Shown here: positions 17,490 through 27,468 of the stretch, piece by piece
Numbering within the stretch: the first letter of the stretch is position 1
Layout of the letters: every line of letters begins with the position of its first letter
Assembly: GCA_051890455.1 (NCBI GenBank)
Contig: JBJFEE010000024.1
Coordinates: 6,341 to 70,340, forward strand
Source of the DNA: Muribaculaceae bacterium
Lineage (GTDB): Bacteria > Bacteroidota > Bacteroidia > Bacteroidales > Muribaculaceae
Reading direction: 5' to 3'
DNA length: 64,000 bases
Translations under genes and position numbers: made by a program
The notes under the pieces: generated by a model
What the model was told of the DNA's origin: nothing
The model's input: the letters and a program-made list of their open reading frames with translations, nothing else
Databases searched by the model: none

Positions 17490-18647
17490 TTAGCTCATGC
17501 GGTTTTTATAGTCTTCGTAGGTGAAGCGGCGGAGGAGGGTGCAGTCGCCCTTGCTGTCGCAGAACCAGATGTCGGGGTGCTGTATGCCGTTGAACATGTT
17601 GGTCTTGACGGTGGTGTAGTGGTTCATGTCCTCCAGGGTGAGGCGGTCGCCGGGATGCAGGGGCTTGTCGAAGCTCCACGAGCCGACGAAGTCGCCGCTG
17701 AGGCACGAGTTGCCGCCCAGGCGGTAGGTGGGCTTGCCTGGAACGGGGTCGTCGCCCAGCGACTCGGTGATGGCGGGCTTGTACGGCATCTCCAGGCAGT
17801 CGGGCATGTGACAGGCGAAGGACACGTCGGTAATGGCCGTCGACACGCCGTCGTTCTCCACGACGTCCACCACGGAGGCGATGAGGTCGCCCGTGCGCCA
17901 CATGAAGGCCGAGCCGGGCTCGAGGATGACCTCGAGGTTGGGGTAGCGCTGACGGAACTCGGTGAGGACCTTGACCAGATGGTCGGTGTCGTAGCCCTCG
18001 CGCGTCATGATGTGACCGCCGCCCATGTTGACCCATCTGAGGTGGGGCAGGAGGTGGCCGAACTGGCTCTCGAAGGCGGCCAGGACTTTTTCGAGGTCAT
18101 AGCTGCTGCTCTCGCACAGAGCGTGGAAATGCAGACCCTCCAGACCTTCGGGGACACCGGCGGCCAGCTCGTCGGCACGGGCGCCGAAGCGCGAGCCGGG
18201 GAGGGCGGGGTTGTAGAGGTCGGTGGCGATGACCGAGCAGCGCGGGTTGACGCGCAGGCCCGGCGAGACGTGTCGCCCCGTGCGTTTCTCGTATTCGTGC
18301 AGCTTATCCTTGAAGCGGTTCCACTGGCCCATAGAGTTGAAGGTGATGTGCGACGAGCCGTCGAGGTAGCTCTCTATTGTCTCGTCGGTGTAGGCCGGGC
18401 AGTAGGTGTAGACGCGGCCGGGGCACAGCTCCTCACCTCCCAGGCGCAGCTCGTTGAGGCTGCTGGCCGTGCATGCCACGCCGTATTCGCGCAGGATGCC
18501 GAAGGTCTTCCACAGGGCGTTGGCCTTGAAGGCCATTATTATTTTTACGCCGGCGCGGCGGGCGACGTCGCCGATAAGGTCGAGGTTGGCCCGTATCTTG
18601 TCCTCGTATACGATGTAGAACGGGGTGGGTATTTCGTTGACTTTCAT
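17490..18647 (-). CDS. nspC: Carboxynorspermidine decarboxylase
   Basis: MAFKA PLP lysine, GLRVNP, LHFHALCE, NMGGGH, ILEPG, CLSGD, HYTTVKTNMFNG. Confidence 0.92.
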   Translation of the reverse strand: MKVNEIPTPFYIVYEDKIRANLDLIGDVARRAGVKIIMAFKANALWKTFGILREYGVACTASSLNELRLGGEELCPGRVYTYCPAYTDETIESYLDGSSHITFNSMGQWNRFKDKLHEYEKRTGRHVSPGLRVNPRCSVIATDLYNPALPGSRFGARADELAAGVPEGLEGLHFHALCESSSYDLEKVLAAFESQFGHLLPHLRWVNMGGGHIMTREGYDTDHLVKVLTEFRQRYPNLEVILEPGSAFMWRTGDLIASVVDVVENDGVSTAITDVSFACHMPDCLEMPYKPAITESLGDDPVPGKPTYRLGGNSCLSGDFVGSWSFDKPLHPGDRLTLEDMNHYTTVKTNMFNGIQHPDIWFCDSKGDCTLLRRFTYEDYKNRMS

Positions 18648-18662
18648 AAGTATATCGTTTTC

Positions 18663-20981
18663 TTAGCTGATTATGGCGAATTTGGCGAAGCGCAGGATGA
18701 GGTTGCGTATGAGGTTGCCGTCGCTGTCGAAGCGTACGCTGATGCGCGGGCCGTTGGGGTTGTCGGCGTCGACAGCGGTTATGGTTCCGCGGCCGAAGCG
18801 GCCGTGCTCGATTACCATCCCCGGCTCCAGCTCGGCGATGTCGTGGAGGACGTGTCCCGCCGGTGTCGGTGAAGGCGCGGACGATGGCATGGCAGGTGCT
18901 GCCGGCGTATGCCGGGACGTGGTCTGCGGGCGCTGGAAGCTCCGGTTGCGCTGCGAGGCCGAGTAGGAGTCACGCAGCGGGTTGTGGAACTGGTCGATAG
19001 TGGTGCCGGTGACGAATTTGAGGAACGACGGGTCCAGCTCACCTAAGAAGCGCGAGGGTGACGTCATCACCGACATGCCGTTGCGGAAACGTGAGCCGGC
19101 GAAGCTGAGCATGCAGAAACGCCTTGCGCGGGTTATGGCCACGTACAGCAGGCGGCGCTCCTCCTCGACGCCCTGGGGGGTGTCGTTGCTCATCGACGAG
19201 GGCAGCAGGTCCTCCTCGACGCCCACGACAAAGACGTTGTCGAACTCCAGACCTTTCGAGGCGTGTATCGTCATCAGCGTCACGCATTCGCCGGGGGTGT
19301 CGGCGTCGGTCTTGTCGATGTCCGTCGCCAGCGACACCTGAGCCATGAAGGCCGGCAGCGACAGGTCGTCGACGCCCTGCTCGCGTCCTTCCTCGACAAA
19401 CTGGGCGGCGCTGTTTAGCAGCTCCTCGACGTTCTCCATGCGCGAGATGTTCTCGGGCGTGGTGTCGCTGACGTACTGGGTGATGAGGCCCGTGTCGCCG
19501 ATAATCGTCTTTGCGGCCTTGTCGGCGTCCTGTCCCTGGACCACCAGTCCGGCAAAACGCTCTATGAGGGTGCGGAAGGCGATAAGTTTGTTCAGCGTGC
19601 CCTTGTTTATGTTCACGCCCATGCCTACGGGGTCAGCGAGGACGTCCCACAGGCTTATGCCGTTGGACATGGCGGCGGCGACGAGCTTTTTGACCGTTGT
19701 CTCGCCTATGCCGCGGGCGGGGACGTTGATGACGCGGCGCAGGGCTTCGTCATCATCGGGGTTGATGGCCAGGCGGAAGAAGGAGATGGCGTCCTTGACC
19801 TCCTTGCGCTCGTAGAACGACTTGCCGCCGTAGATGCGGTAGGGGATGTTGCGCTTGCGCAGCGACTCCTCCAGGGCGCGGCTCTGCGCGTTGGTGCGGT
19901 AGAGGATGGCGAACTCGTCGTATGACGAGCCGTTGCTTTGTTTGAGCTGGCAGATGCGGCTGGCCACGAGGTAGCTTTCCTCGTAATCGGAGTAGCTCTT
20001 CACCACCTCGACGGGGAAGCCCGGGCCGTTCTTGGAGAAGACGTGCTTCTCCAGCTGGTGCTTGTTGTGGCCGATGAGCGACGAGGCGGCGTTGACGATA
20101 TTCTCTGTGGAACGGTAGTTGCGCTCGAGCTTGAAGGTGCGCAGGTCGGGGAACGAGCGGCTGAGGCCGAGGATGTTGCCGATGTTGGCGCCGCGGAAGC
20201 TGTAGATGCTCTGGGCGTCGTCGCCGACCACGCAGACGTTGTTGCCGTCGACGGTAAGTTGTCGCACGATGGCGTGCTGGGCGAAGTTGGTGTCCTGGTA
20301 CTCGTCGACGAGGATGTAGCGGTAGAAGTCCTGGTAGTGGCGGCGCACGTCCGGGTTGTCGCGCAGCAGGATGTTGGTGTTGACCAGCAGGTCATCGAAG
20401 TCCATGGCCTGGGCCGTGCGGCAGCGGTTGCAGTAGGCGGCGTAGATTTCGCCGGCGCGCGAGATCTTGTGGGCGCGGTCGCTGTTCTGCTGCATCTGGT
20501 CGGCCAGGTAGTCGGCGGGCATGATGAGGGCGTTCTTGCAGCGCGAAATCAGTCCGGCAATCGACGAGGGCTTGTAAACCTTCTCGTCAAGGTCCATGTC
20601 GCGGATGATGGTCTTGACCAGGTTGAGCGAGTCTGTCGAGTCGTAGATGGTGTAGTTGGGCTTGTAGCCTATGCGGTCGGCGTTGGCGCGTAGCATGCGT
20701 GCGAAGACGCTGTGGAAGGTGCCCATGGTAATCTTAGAGGCGGCGTGTGCGCCTGCCTGGGTGACTATGCGCTCCTTCATCTCGTTGGCGGCCTTGTTGG
20801 TGAAGGTCAGCGCCATTATGCGCCACGGCTCGTATCCGTGGGCCAGGAGGTGTATGATTTTATATGTGAGCACGCGTGTTTTGCCGGAGCCGGCTCCCGC
20901 GATGACCAGCTCGGGGCCGTCGAGGTATTCCACGGCGGCGCGCTGCTGGTCGTTAAGCTCATTGAGGTATTCGTTGCTCAT
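18663..20981 (-). CDS. pcrA: UvrD/PcrA-family ATP-dependent DNA helicase
   Basis: AGAGSGKT, TFTNKAA, VDEYQDTN, LERNYRST, TIHASKGLEF, EERRLLYVAITRA. Confidence 0.93.
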   Translation of the reverse strand: MSNEYLNELNDQQRAAVEYLDGPELVIAGAGSGKTRVLTYKIIHLLAHGYEPWRIMALTFTNKAANEMKERIVTQAGAHAASKITMGTFHSVFARMLRANADRIGYKPNYTIYDSTDSLNLVKTIIRDMDLDEKVYKPSSIAGLISRCKNALIMPADYLADQMQQNSDRAHKISRAGEIYAAYCNRCRTAQAMDFDDLLVNTNILLRDNPDVRRHYQDFYRYILVDEYQDTNFAQHAIVRQLTVDGNNVCVVGDDAQSIYSFRGANIGNILGLSRSFPDLRTFKLERNYRSTENIVNAASSLIGHNKHQLEKHVFSKNGPGFPVEVVKSYSDYEESYLVASRICQLKQSNGSSYDEFAILYRTNAQSRALEESLRKRNIPYRIYGGKSFYERKEVKDAISFFRLAINPDDDEALRRVINVPARGIGETTVKKLVAAAMSNGISLWDVLADPVGMGVNINKGTLNKLIAFRTLIERFAGLVVQGQDADKAAKTIIGDTGLITQYVSDTTPENISRMENVEELLNSAAQFVEEGREQGVDDLSLPAFMAQVSLATDIDKTDADTPGECVTLMTIHASKGLEFDNVFVVGVEEDLLPSSMSNDTPQGVEEERRLLYVAITRARRFCMLSFAGSRFRNGMSVMTSPSRFLGELDPSFLKFVTGTTIDQFHNPLRDSYSASQRNRSFQRPQTTSRHTPAAPAMPSSAPSPTPAGHVLHDIAELEPGMVIEHGRFGRGTITAVDADNPNGPRISVRFDSDGNLIRNLILRFAKFAIIS

Positions 20982-21069
20982 TGTCCGGGTGAGGATGTCA
21001 CAGGGTATATATTAATGTGCAAATTTACTCATAATTTCAGACAATAGCGAACGCAGAGGACTAAAAATT

Positions 21070-21104
21070 TCAGGGGCGATGCGCATGACGCGTATCGCCC
21101 CTGA
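21070..21104 (-). terminator. Hairpin downstream of the secreted-protein gene
   Basis: TCAGGGGCGATGCGC...GCGTATCGCCCCTGA, followed by AAATTTTT on the - strand. Confidence 0.55.
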
Positions 21105-21140
21105 GGGTACCGGCCGTAGCCGGCTATGGGAGGGTTGGAA

Positions 21141-22337
21141 TTACTTTACAAGAACTTTGCTGGCCTTGCCGTTGGCGACCTTGAGGTAGATGCCGTTGGC
21201 GGGTTCGCCGGCGACACGTACACCCTGGAGGTTGTAGTAAACAGCCTCGCCCTCGGCCTCGTCGACAGCGATGTCGCTGACAGCGTTGGTCTCGTCGCTG
21301 ACAACAAATTTGGCTACGTAAGCACCGCTGGGAGTGGGATAGTAGGTGTAGACGTCAACAGTGTGCTCGTCGACCTTGCGGGCTGTGATGGAGCCGGAGT
21401 TGGTAGCGGTGCTTGATGAGTAGAGAGGATCGCGCTCGTCCTCATAGATTACATTGCCCTCGAAGTCGGCGATGGCGATGGTGGAGTTGTAGCTGCCTGC
21501 GCCGGTTTTAGTGGGATAAACCTGATAGTTTACGCCACCGAGAGTGAAGACGTCGAAACCATTGTCTGTGCCGGGAGCGGGGCTGGCGGGCAGGGTAAGA
21601 GCAACGAAATCGGTCTTGTCAGCGTCATAAACATAAATGTTTTTGTTGCCGCGAACACGTACGGCACAACCGTTGATGGCTTCGTCGCCCATTTCTACCA
21701 GTTCGGCAAAAGTGTAGAGGGGCTGAGCCACCGAGGTGGCGTCGGCAGTATTTTTTGTTACGATTGCACTGTTGAAGAAGCTGAAAGGACCGTCGGCCTG
21801 AGCACCGTTCTGCACATAAATCATGGATGTGGAAGTGGCGATACCGGGGAAGATGTAGAATATAGCGCCATCTTCGCTGAGAAGGTTGCCAGCCACCCTG
21901 CCAAGCATATCGTTACGGCCGGCAATTGTAGCACCTGAAAGATTCTGGTTGTCATGAAGATTGGCAGTGAACTGCGTTGTTGTGCCGTCAGGTGCGATAA
22001 TGGTGTAGTTCTTTGCACCGGCAGCACCGGCCCAGCCGCGTGCTACGAGGACGTTGCCGGCGTCATCAAGAGTGATGGCGGTGTTCAGGCCGTTCACGTC
22101 TGCGATTTTGGTTACGGCTTCGGTTGTGGGATCCCAGCTGAAGACAGCGTTTTTGCTCTTGTCGGAGAAGTAGATCTTGTTGTCGAAGCCCGAGCCGTCG
22201 CGGCTGTTGGTGCTGTTGGCTTCGGGGATTAACTTGTTCCACGCCATGGTGACTTTGGGAGTTGTTGTCTGGGCCATGGCCAAGCCGGCTACTGCGAGCG
22301 AGCCGCAGATAGCGAGATTGCGTAAAGATAAACTCAT
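21141..22337 (-). CDS. Secreted hypothetical protein with T9SS-type C-terminal domain
   Basis: Signal peptide (AMA-Q); C-terminus AVSDIAVD...YYNLQGVRV...GIYL...KASKVLVK. Confidence 0.8.
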   Translation of the reverse strand: MSLSLRNLAICGSLAVAGLAMAQTTTPKVTMAWNKLIPEANSTNSRDGSGFDNKIYFSDKSKNAVFSWDPTTEAVTKIADVNGLNTAITLDDAGNVLVARGWAGAAGAKNYTIIAPDGTTTQFTANLHDNQNLSGATIAGRNDMLGRVAGNLLSEDGAIFYIFPGIATSTSMIYVQNGAQADGPFSFFNSAIVTKNTADATSVAQPLYTFAELVEMGDEAINGCAVRVRGNKNIYVYDADKTDFVALTLPASPAPGTDNGFDVFTLGGVNYQVYPTKTGAGSYNSTIAIADFEGNVIYEDERDPLYSSSTATNSGSITARKVDEHTVDVYTYYPTPSGAYVAKFVVSDETNAVSDIAVDEAEGEAVYYNLQGVRVAGEPANGIYLKVANGKASKVLVK

Positions 22338-22461
22338 GTTGATAAAGTTTTGGGGTTAGAATTAAAAATATTTAAGGTGTTTGTTTTTTCTTGACTGCGT
22401 TCAAGGTCGTTTTAAGGTCAGATATATTGTGGTGTTTTCTGGCGAAAAGCTAATATGTGTG

Positions 22462-22561
22462 CAAATGTAGCAAATATTTTTTGTTCCGGCCTAATGTTTC
22501 GGCTCAAAAAACATTAGGGTGGAGATGTTTGTTGGTATTTAAAGAATTTATTATAAATTTG
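22462..22561. promoter_or_regulatory. Divergent -7 elements
   Basis: TACATTTG on - (22462-22469) and TAAATTTG on + (22554-22561). Confidence 0.6.
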
Positions 22562-22571
22562 CATCACACTT

Positions 22572-23408
22572 ATGCAGGACCCCAGACACCCCGAGACAAA
22601 GAAGAAATATAAGGTTGGTGTCGCGCTCAGCGGAGGCGGAGCGCGCGGTTTCGCCCATGCCGGAGCCTTAAAGGCTCTGGAGGAGGCAGGAATACGGCCC
22701 GACATCATGTCGGGCGTCAGCGCCGGCTCGGCGGTGGCCGTGCTGTATGCCGGAGGGGTGCGCCCCGACGACATGCTGAGGATTTTCCAGAATACGGGCT
22801 TCTCGCAGATGATTGGCTTTCATCTCGGCGGTGGAGGTCTGTTCTCCATCGACAAGTTTGCCTCGAGGGTAATGAATGCCATTGCTCCGGCCAAAAACAT
22901 CGAGGATTTGAAAATTCCGGTGCGCATCAGCGCCACCGACCTCGACAGCGCCGAGACTTTTGCCTTTGACCACGGTCCCATAAGTCCGCGCATGCGCGCC
23001 TCCTGCTCCATCCCCATCATCTTCAAGCCGGTCAAGATCGACGGACACTACTATGTAGACGGCGGTGTGCTGCAGAATCTCCCGGCGCGTATCATCCGCG
23101 ATGAGTGCGAGACGCTTATCGGCATCAACGTCAGTCCCATGGACGCCTTCCACAACCGCGAGTCAGTGCTTGAGGTGGCTCTGCGTACCTACAACCTCAT
23201 GGCCAAGGCCAACCAGCGCGACGATATGGAAGTGTGCGACCTGGCGGTGGAGATGCGCGAGATTTCGCATTACAAGGTGTTCAACCTCAAAGAAATAGAA
23301 AAAGTATTCCTGGCGGGATACGTCAATATGCGTCACGCCCTGCACCGGTCGGGCCTTGTCAAGCGTGACGCGCACAACCAATCAGCATTATCACAAACTA
23401 CGCAATGA
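22572..23408 (+). CDS. Patatin-like phospholipase
   Basis: LSGGGARGFAH, GVSAG, ASCSIP, DGG. Confidence 0.93.
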   Translation: MQDPRHPETKKKYKVGVALSGGGARGFAHAGALKALEEAGIRPDIMSGVSAGSAVAVLYAGGVRPDDMLRIFQNTGFSQMIGFHLGGGGLFSIDKFASRVMNAIAPAKNIEDLKIPVRISATDLDSAETFAFDHGPISPRMRASCSIPIIFKPVKIDGHYYVDGGVLQNLPARIIRDECETLIGINVSPMDAFHNRESVLEVALRTYNLMAKANQRDDMEVCDLAVEMREISHYKVFNLKEIEKVFLAGYVNMRHALHRSGLVKRDAHNQSALSQTTQ

Positions 23409-25096
23409 CACAGCAAAAGCCTTTTGCCGGGCGACCGGTGATATACCAGATTTTTACGCGACTTTTCACCAACAACACCCCCGATCCCGTCCCCGACGGC
23501 GACCTCGCGCGCAACGGCGCGGGCAAGATGAACGACATCACCCCCGCCGTCCTGCGGTCGATCAAGGAGTTGGGCATCACCCACGTCTGGTATACCGGCG
23601 TGGTGGAGCACGCCCAGGCCACCGACTACAGCGCCTACGGTATCCGCCCGGACAATCCGTTCGTTGTCAAGGGCAAGGCCGGCAGCCCGTATGCCATCAA
23701 GGACTACTATGACATCGACCCGGATCTGGCCGTGTCCGTCCCCGACCGCATGAAGGAGTTCGAGGCTCTGGTGGCCCGCACGCACCGCGCCGGACTGAAG
23801 GTGATTACCGATTTCGTGCCCAACCATGTGGCGCGCCAGTACCACTCGGACGCCGCTCCGGCCGGCGTGCGCGACCTCGGCGAGGGCGACAACCCCGATG
23901 TGTTCTTCACCCGCGACAACAACTTCTATTATATACCCCGGCAGAAGTTCGCCCCCCATTTCTATATCGACGGCTACGACGAGATGCCGGCCAAGTGCAC
24001 GGGCAACGACTGTTTCACGGCTTTCCCCGGCCGCAACGACTGGTACGAGACGGTCAAGCTCAACTACGGCTATGACCCCGGCAATGGCTCGCAGCACTAC
24101 GACCCCATACCTCGCACCTGGCACGACATGCTGGCCATAATGATGTTCTGGGCGTCGAAGGGCATCGACGGCATGCGCTGCGACATGGTGCACATGGTTC
24201 CCGTCGAGTTCTGGCACTGGGCCATCCCGCAGGTCAAGGAGCGCTATCCGCACCTTGTCTTCATCGCCGAGATATACGACGTCGCTCTTTACCGCAGCTA
24301 TCTGGAGTGGGGCGGTTTCGACTACCTCTATGACAAGGTGACGCTCTACGACACGCTGCGCGGCATACAGACCTCCAACGTTTCGGCGGCACAGCTGACG
24401 TCGGCATGGCAGACGGTGGACGGGCTGTCGGGGAAGATGCTGTCGTTCCTGGAGAACCACGACGAGCAGCGCTATGCCTCGCGCGAGTATATGGGCACGC
24501 CTTATACCGTGCTGCCGGCTCTGGTGGCAATCGCCACGATGAACACGGGCGCGGTGATGATCTACATGGCTCAGGAGCTCGGCGAGGACGCCCCGGACGC
24601 CGAGGGCTTCAGCGGACATGACGGACGCACAACCATCTTTGACTACTGGAGCCTTGACCGCCTGCGCCGCTGGCTGAACGGCGGCAGGCCGTCGGTGAAG
24701 AACCTCACGGAGGGCGAGCGCAATCTGCGCGAGACGTATGCCTCGGTGCTACGCCTTGTCAATACCGAACCGGCGCTGCGCGAGGGCGGCTTCTTCGATG
24801 TCACCTACGCCAACTACGGCAACCCGGGTTTCGACCCGCACCGCCATTACGCCTTTCTGCGTCACAACGGCGGCGAGGTGGTGCTGGTGGTGCTGAACTT
24901 CGGCAGTGACGCCGACATCGCCGTCAACATCCCGTCCCACGCCTTCGAGTGTCTGGAGACAGCGCCTGAGCGCGACGCCCACGGCACCGACCTGCTCACC
25001 GGCGCCTTCTACGCCGGACCTTTCACCGACAGCGAGCCGGTACGCCTCCATGTCGACGCCAACGGCGCCGCCCTGTTAAAATTTAAGCTATCGTGA
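23405..25096 (+). CDS. GH13 alpha-amylase family glycosidase
   Basis: GSPYAIKDYY, DFVPNH, GMRCDMV, AEIY, FLENHDE. Confidence 0.92.
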   Translation: MTQQKPFAGRPVIYQIFTRLFTNNTPDPVPDGDLARNGAGKMNDITPAVLRSIKELGITHVWYTGVVEHAQATDYSAYGIRPDNPFVVKGKAGSPYAIKDYYDIDPDLAVSVPDRMKEFEALVARTHRAGLKVITDFVPNHVARQYHSDAAPAGVRDLGEGDNPDVFFTRDNNFYYIPRQKFAPHFYIDGYDEMPAKCTGNDCFTAFPGRNDWYETVKLNYGYDPGNGSQHYDPIPRTWHDMLAIMMFWASKGIDGMRCDMVHMVPVEFWHWAIPQVKERYPHLVFIAEIYDVALYRSYLEWGGFDYLYDKVTLYDTLRGIQTSNVSAAQLTSAWQTVDGLSGKMLSFLENHDEQRYASREYMGTPYTVLPALVAIATMNTGAVMIYMAQELGEDAPDAEGFSGHDGRTTIFDYWSLDRLRRWLNGGRPSVKNLTEGERNLRETYASVLRLVNTEPALREGGFFDVTYANYGNPGFDPHRHYAFLRHNGGEVVLVVLNFGSDADIAVNIPSHAFECLETAPERDAHGTDLLTGAFYAGPFTDSEPVRLHVDANGAALLKFKLS

Positions 25097-25138
25097 AAAA
25101 TTGACGGGGTAACAGGCGGTTTTCAGCCGTTTGTTTTG

Positions 25139-25146
25139 TACCTTTG
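25139..25146 (+). promoter_or_regulatory. -7 promoter element of prs
   Basis: TACCTTTG about 200 nt upstream of the prs ATG. Confidence 0.6.
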
Positions 25147-25349
25147 CAGTGAATTTTGACGACGTAAGCAATCACATTTCGCAGTACCGCATATCAGTCA
25201 GCGGTTTATGAGCTTTTTCAAGGTTCCGGCGACAGAGGTCGCGTTTGAACGGGCTCGATATTGTTTCTCCAATCTGCGTTGGAAGCGGTTTTAACATTAG
25301 GCAATAAATCAATTTCTAATTATACTCCCGCAAAATCAAAATTTGCATC

Positions 25350-26294
25350 ATGAGCAACAATGACACTCCCTTTAAGGTATTTGCCGGCACTAATTCCCGC
25401 TACATGGGCGAAGAAATCTGCAAATGCCTTGGCGTTGAACTTGGTAAGGCAAAAATAGAACGGTTCGCCGACGGCGAGTTCGAGGTATGCTTCGAAGAGA
25501 CGATACGCGGCTGCGAAGTCTACATTGTACAGTCAACGTTCCCCAACAGTGACAACCTGATGGAGCTGCTGCTCCTCATCGACGCCGCCAAGCGAGCTTC
25601 GGCGCGTTCAATCATCGCCGTGATGCCATATTTTGGCTGGGCGCGTCAGGACCGCAAGGACAAACCCCGTGTCTCCATCGCCGCCAAGCTGGTGGCCGAC
25701 CTGCTCACCACCGCCGGCGCCAACCGCATCATCACGATGGACCTGCACGCCGACCAGATTCAGGGCTTCTTCAACATCCCCGTCGACCACCTCTACGGCT
25801 CGTCGGTGTTCATCCCCTACATTCAGTCGCTCAATCTCGACAACCTTGTGCTCGCCTCGCCCGATGCCGGCGGCGCCAAGCGCGTCAACTCGTACGCCAA
25901 ATACCTTAACGTGCCATACGTGCTCTGCCACAAGCAGCGTGCCAAGGCCAACGTCGTCGCCAACATGACCATCATCGGCGAGGTAGAGGGCAAGAACGTC
26001 ATCATCATCGACGATATGGTCGACACCGCCGGCACCATCACCCGCGCCGCCGACCTTATGAAGAGCAAGGGCGCCCTCAGCGTACGTGCCCTGGCCACTC
26101 ACGCCATCATGAGCGACCCCGCCTCGCAGCGCGTGACGGACAGCGCCCTCTCGGAGATTATCTTCACCAACTCCATCCCCTACACCAAGGGCTGCAAGAA
26201 GGTCACCATCATCTCCGTGGCCCGCATGTTCGCCGACACCATCCAACGCGTCCACGACTGCGAGTCCATCTCGTCGCAGTACCTGGTAAAATAA
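25350..26294 (+). CDS. prs: Ribose-phosphate pyrophosphokinase
   Basis: FADGE, PYFGWARQDRK, MDLHA, SPDAGG, IDDMVDTAGT. Confidence 0.97.
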   Translation: MSNNDTPFKVFAGTNSRYMGEEICKCLGVELGKAKIERFADGEFEVCFEETIRGCEVYIVQSTFPNSDNLMELLLLIDAAKRASARSIIAVMPYFGWARQDRKDKPRVSIAAKLVADLLTTAGANRIITMDLHADQIQGFFNIPVDHLYGSSVFIPYIQSLNLDNLVLASPDAGGAKRVNSYAKYLNVPYVLCHKQRAKANVVANMTIIGEVEGKNVIIIDDMVDTAGTITRAADLMKSKGALSVRALATHAIMSDPASQRVTDSALSEIIFTNSIPYTKGCKKVTIISVARMFADTIQRVHDCESISSQYLVK

Positions 26295-26317
26295 GAGGGT
26301 GCTGTGATAACGGCATA

Positions 26318-26357
26318 ACACCGGCTACCGCAACAACGGGTAGCCGGTGTAATTTTT
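26318..26357 (+). terminator. Intrinsic terminator of prs
   Basis: ACACCGGCTACC/GGTAGCCGGTGT followed by AATTTTT. Confidence 0.75.
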
Positions 26358-26373
26358 ATTCCGATGGCAATGT

Positions 26374-26448
26374 TGTAGGGATGCTCCCCGGAGCATCCGC
26401 AAAACAAACTTTTCAAATTTTTCGGATGCACCCCGGTGCATCCCTGCA
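26374..26448. repeat. REPIN family C copy 1
   Basis: TGTAGGGATGCTCCCCGGAGCATCC...GGATGCACCCCGGTGCATCCCTGCA. Confidence 0.85.
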
Positions 26449-26455
26449 TTAAAAA

Positions 26456-27316
26456 ATGTCAGGCAAATATTCAGATTTTCGATGTGCCTTGCACGGCGGC
26501 CGTCCTCTTTTGCTCGACGGGGCGATGGGGACGGAGGTGCTGGCACGCGGGCTGGCGCCCGACCGCAATGTCGACGCCCTTAACCTGACACACCCGGATG
26601 CCGTCGCCGCCATCCACCGCGAGTACATCGCCGCCGGTGCCGACATAATCTCCACTAATACATTTTGCTCAAACAGCCTCTCGCAACGCCACTACGGACT
26701 TGAGGATAGGACGGCTGAGCTGAATGCCGCCGGCGCCCGAATAGCCCTTTGCGAGGCCGCAAAAGCCGATCGTCGCGTCTATGTCGCCGGCACAATCGGA
26801 CCTGTCGCGCCCGGTGACACCGTCGCCGACGCCATGTCCGAACAGGCCGAAGTCCTCGTGCATGCCGGAGTGGACCTGCTGCTGGTGGAAACAGTAATGG
26901 ATATCACAGTTCTTGAGGCCTCCCTTACAGCTATAGACGGCGTGCGCCGCGATTGGTCTGATATCCCTGTTGTAATTTCAATGTATGTTGACAGCCGTAC
27001 AGGCCGACTCCTCGACGGCCATTGTCCGGAGGAAGTCTTGAATATGGGGTTGCGTCCCGCCGCCCTCGGCTTCAACTGCGGCGACAACCCGGAGGCCCTT
27101 TTGCAGACCGCCCGCACCTTCGTCGCCGTCTCGCCCTACCCATTAATCGTCTACCCGAGCGCCGGCCTCCCCGACGCCCACGAAAATTATCCCACATCTC
27201 CCGAAGTCTTTGCCCGCCTCTTCGCTCCCTTTATCCAGGAAACACACCCCGCAATCATCGGCGGCTGTTGCGGCACCACCCCCGCCCACATCGCCGCCCT
27301 CGCCAAAATTCTATAG
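26456..27316 (+). CDS. Stand-alone homocysteine S-methyltransferase domain protein (MetH N-terminal-like)
   Basis: LLDGAMGT, YIAAGADIISTNTF, GFNC, IGGCCGTTPAHI zinc ligands. Confidence 0.85.
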   Translation: MSGKYSDFRCALHGGRPLLLDGAMGTEVLARGLAPDRNVDALNLTHPDAVAAIHREYIAAGADIISTNTFCSNSLSQRHYGLEDRTAELNAAGARIALCEAAKADRRVYVAGTIGPVAPGDTVADAMSEQAEVLVHAGVDLLLVETVMDITVLEASLTAIDGVRRDWSDIPVVISMYVDSRTGRLLDGHCPEEVLNMGLRPAALGFNCGDNPEALLQTARTFVAVSPYPLIVYPSAGLPDAHENYPTSPEVFARLFAPFIQETHPAIIGGCCGTTPAHIAALAKIL

Positions 27317-27344
27317 TAACCTAACTTCATTTCATTTCCATTTT

Positions 27345-27403
27345 CGCCAACTCTCGGCCTAAAACTCCGCCAATCCTCGGGTTGAATATCTGCCAATCCT
27401 CGG
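27345..27403. repeat. Three 13-bp direct repeats at 23-bp period
   Basis: CGCCAACTCTCGG (27345), CGCCAATCCTCGG (27368), TGCCAATCCTCGG (27391), separated by different 10-nt spacers. Confidence 0.65.
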
Positions 27404-27468
27404 AATGGGGGGGAAGCTGTCGGCAGCCTGAAGGACTGAACGGCAGGGAAATAGCGGTAAAATATAAC

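Noticed and set aside
17490-18647. nspC without carboxynorspermidine dehydrogenase next to it
   Set aside because: Helicase-nspC linkage with the dehydrogenase elsewhere is, to my knowledge, ordinary in Bacteroidales.
27345-27403. CRISPR interpretation of the 23-bp periodic array
   Set aside because: 13-bp repeats and 10-nt spacers are far too short; only three units; no cas genes.
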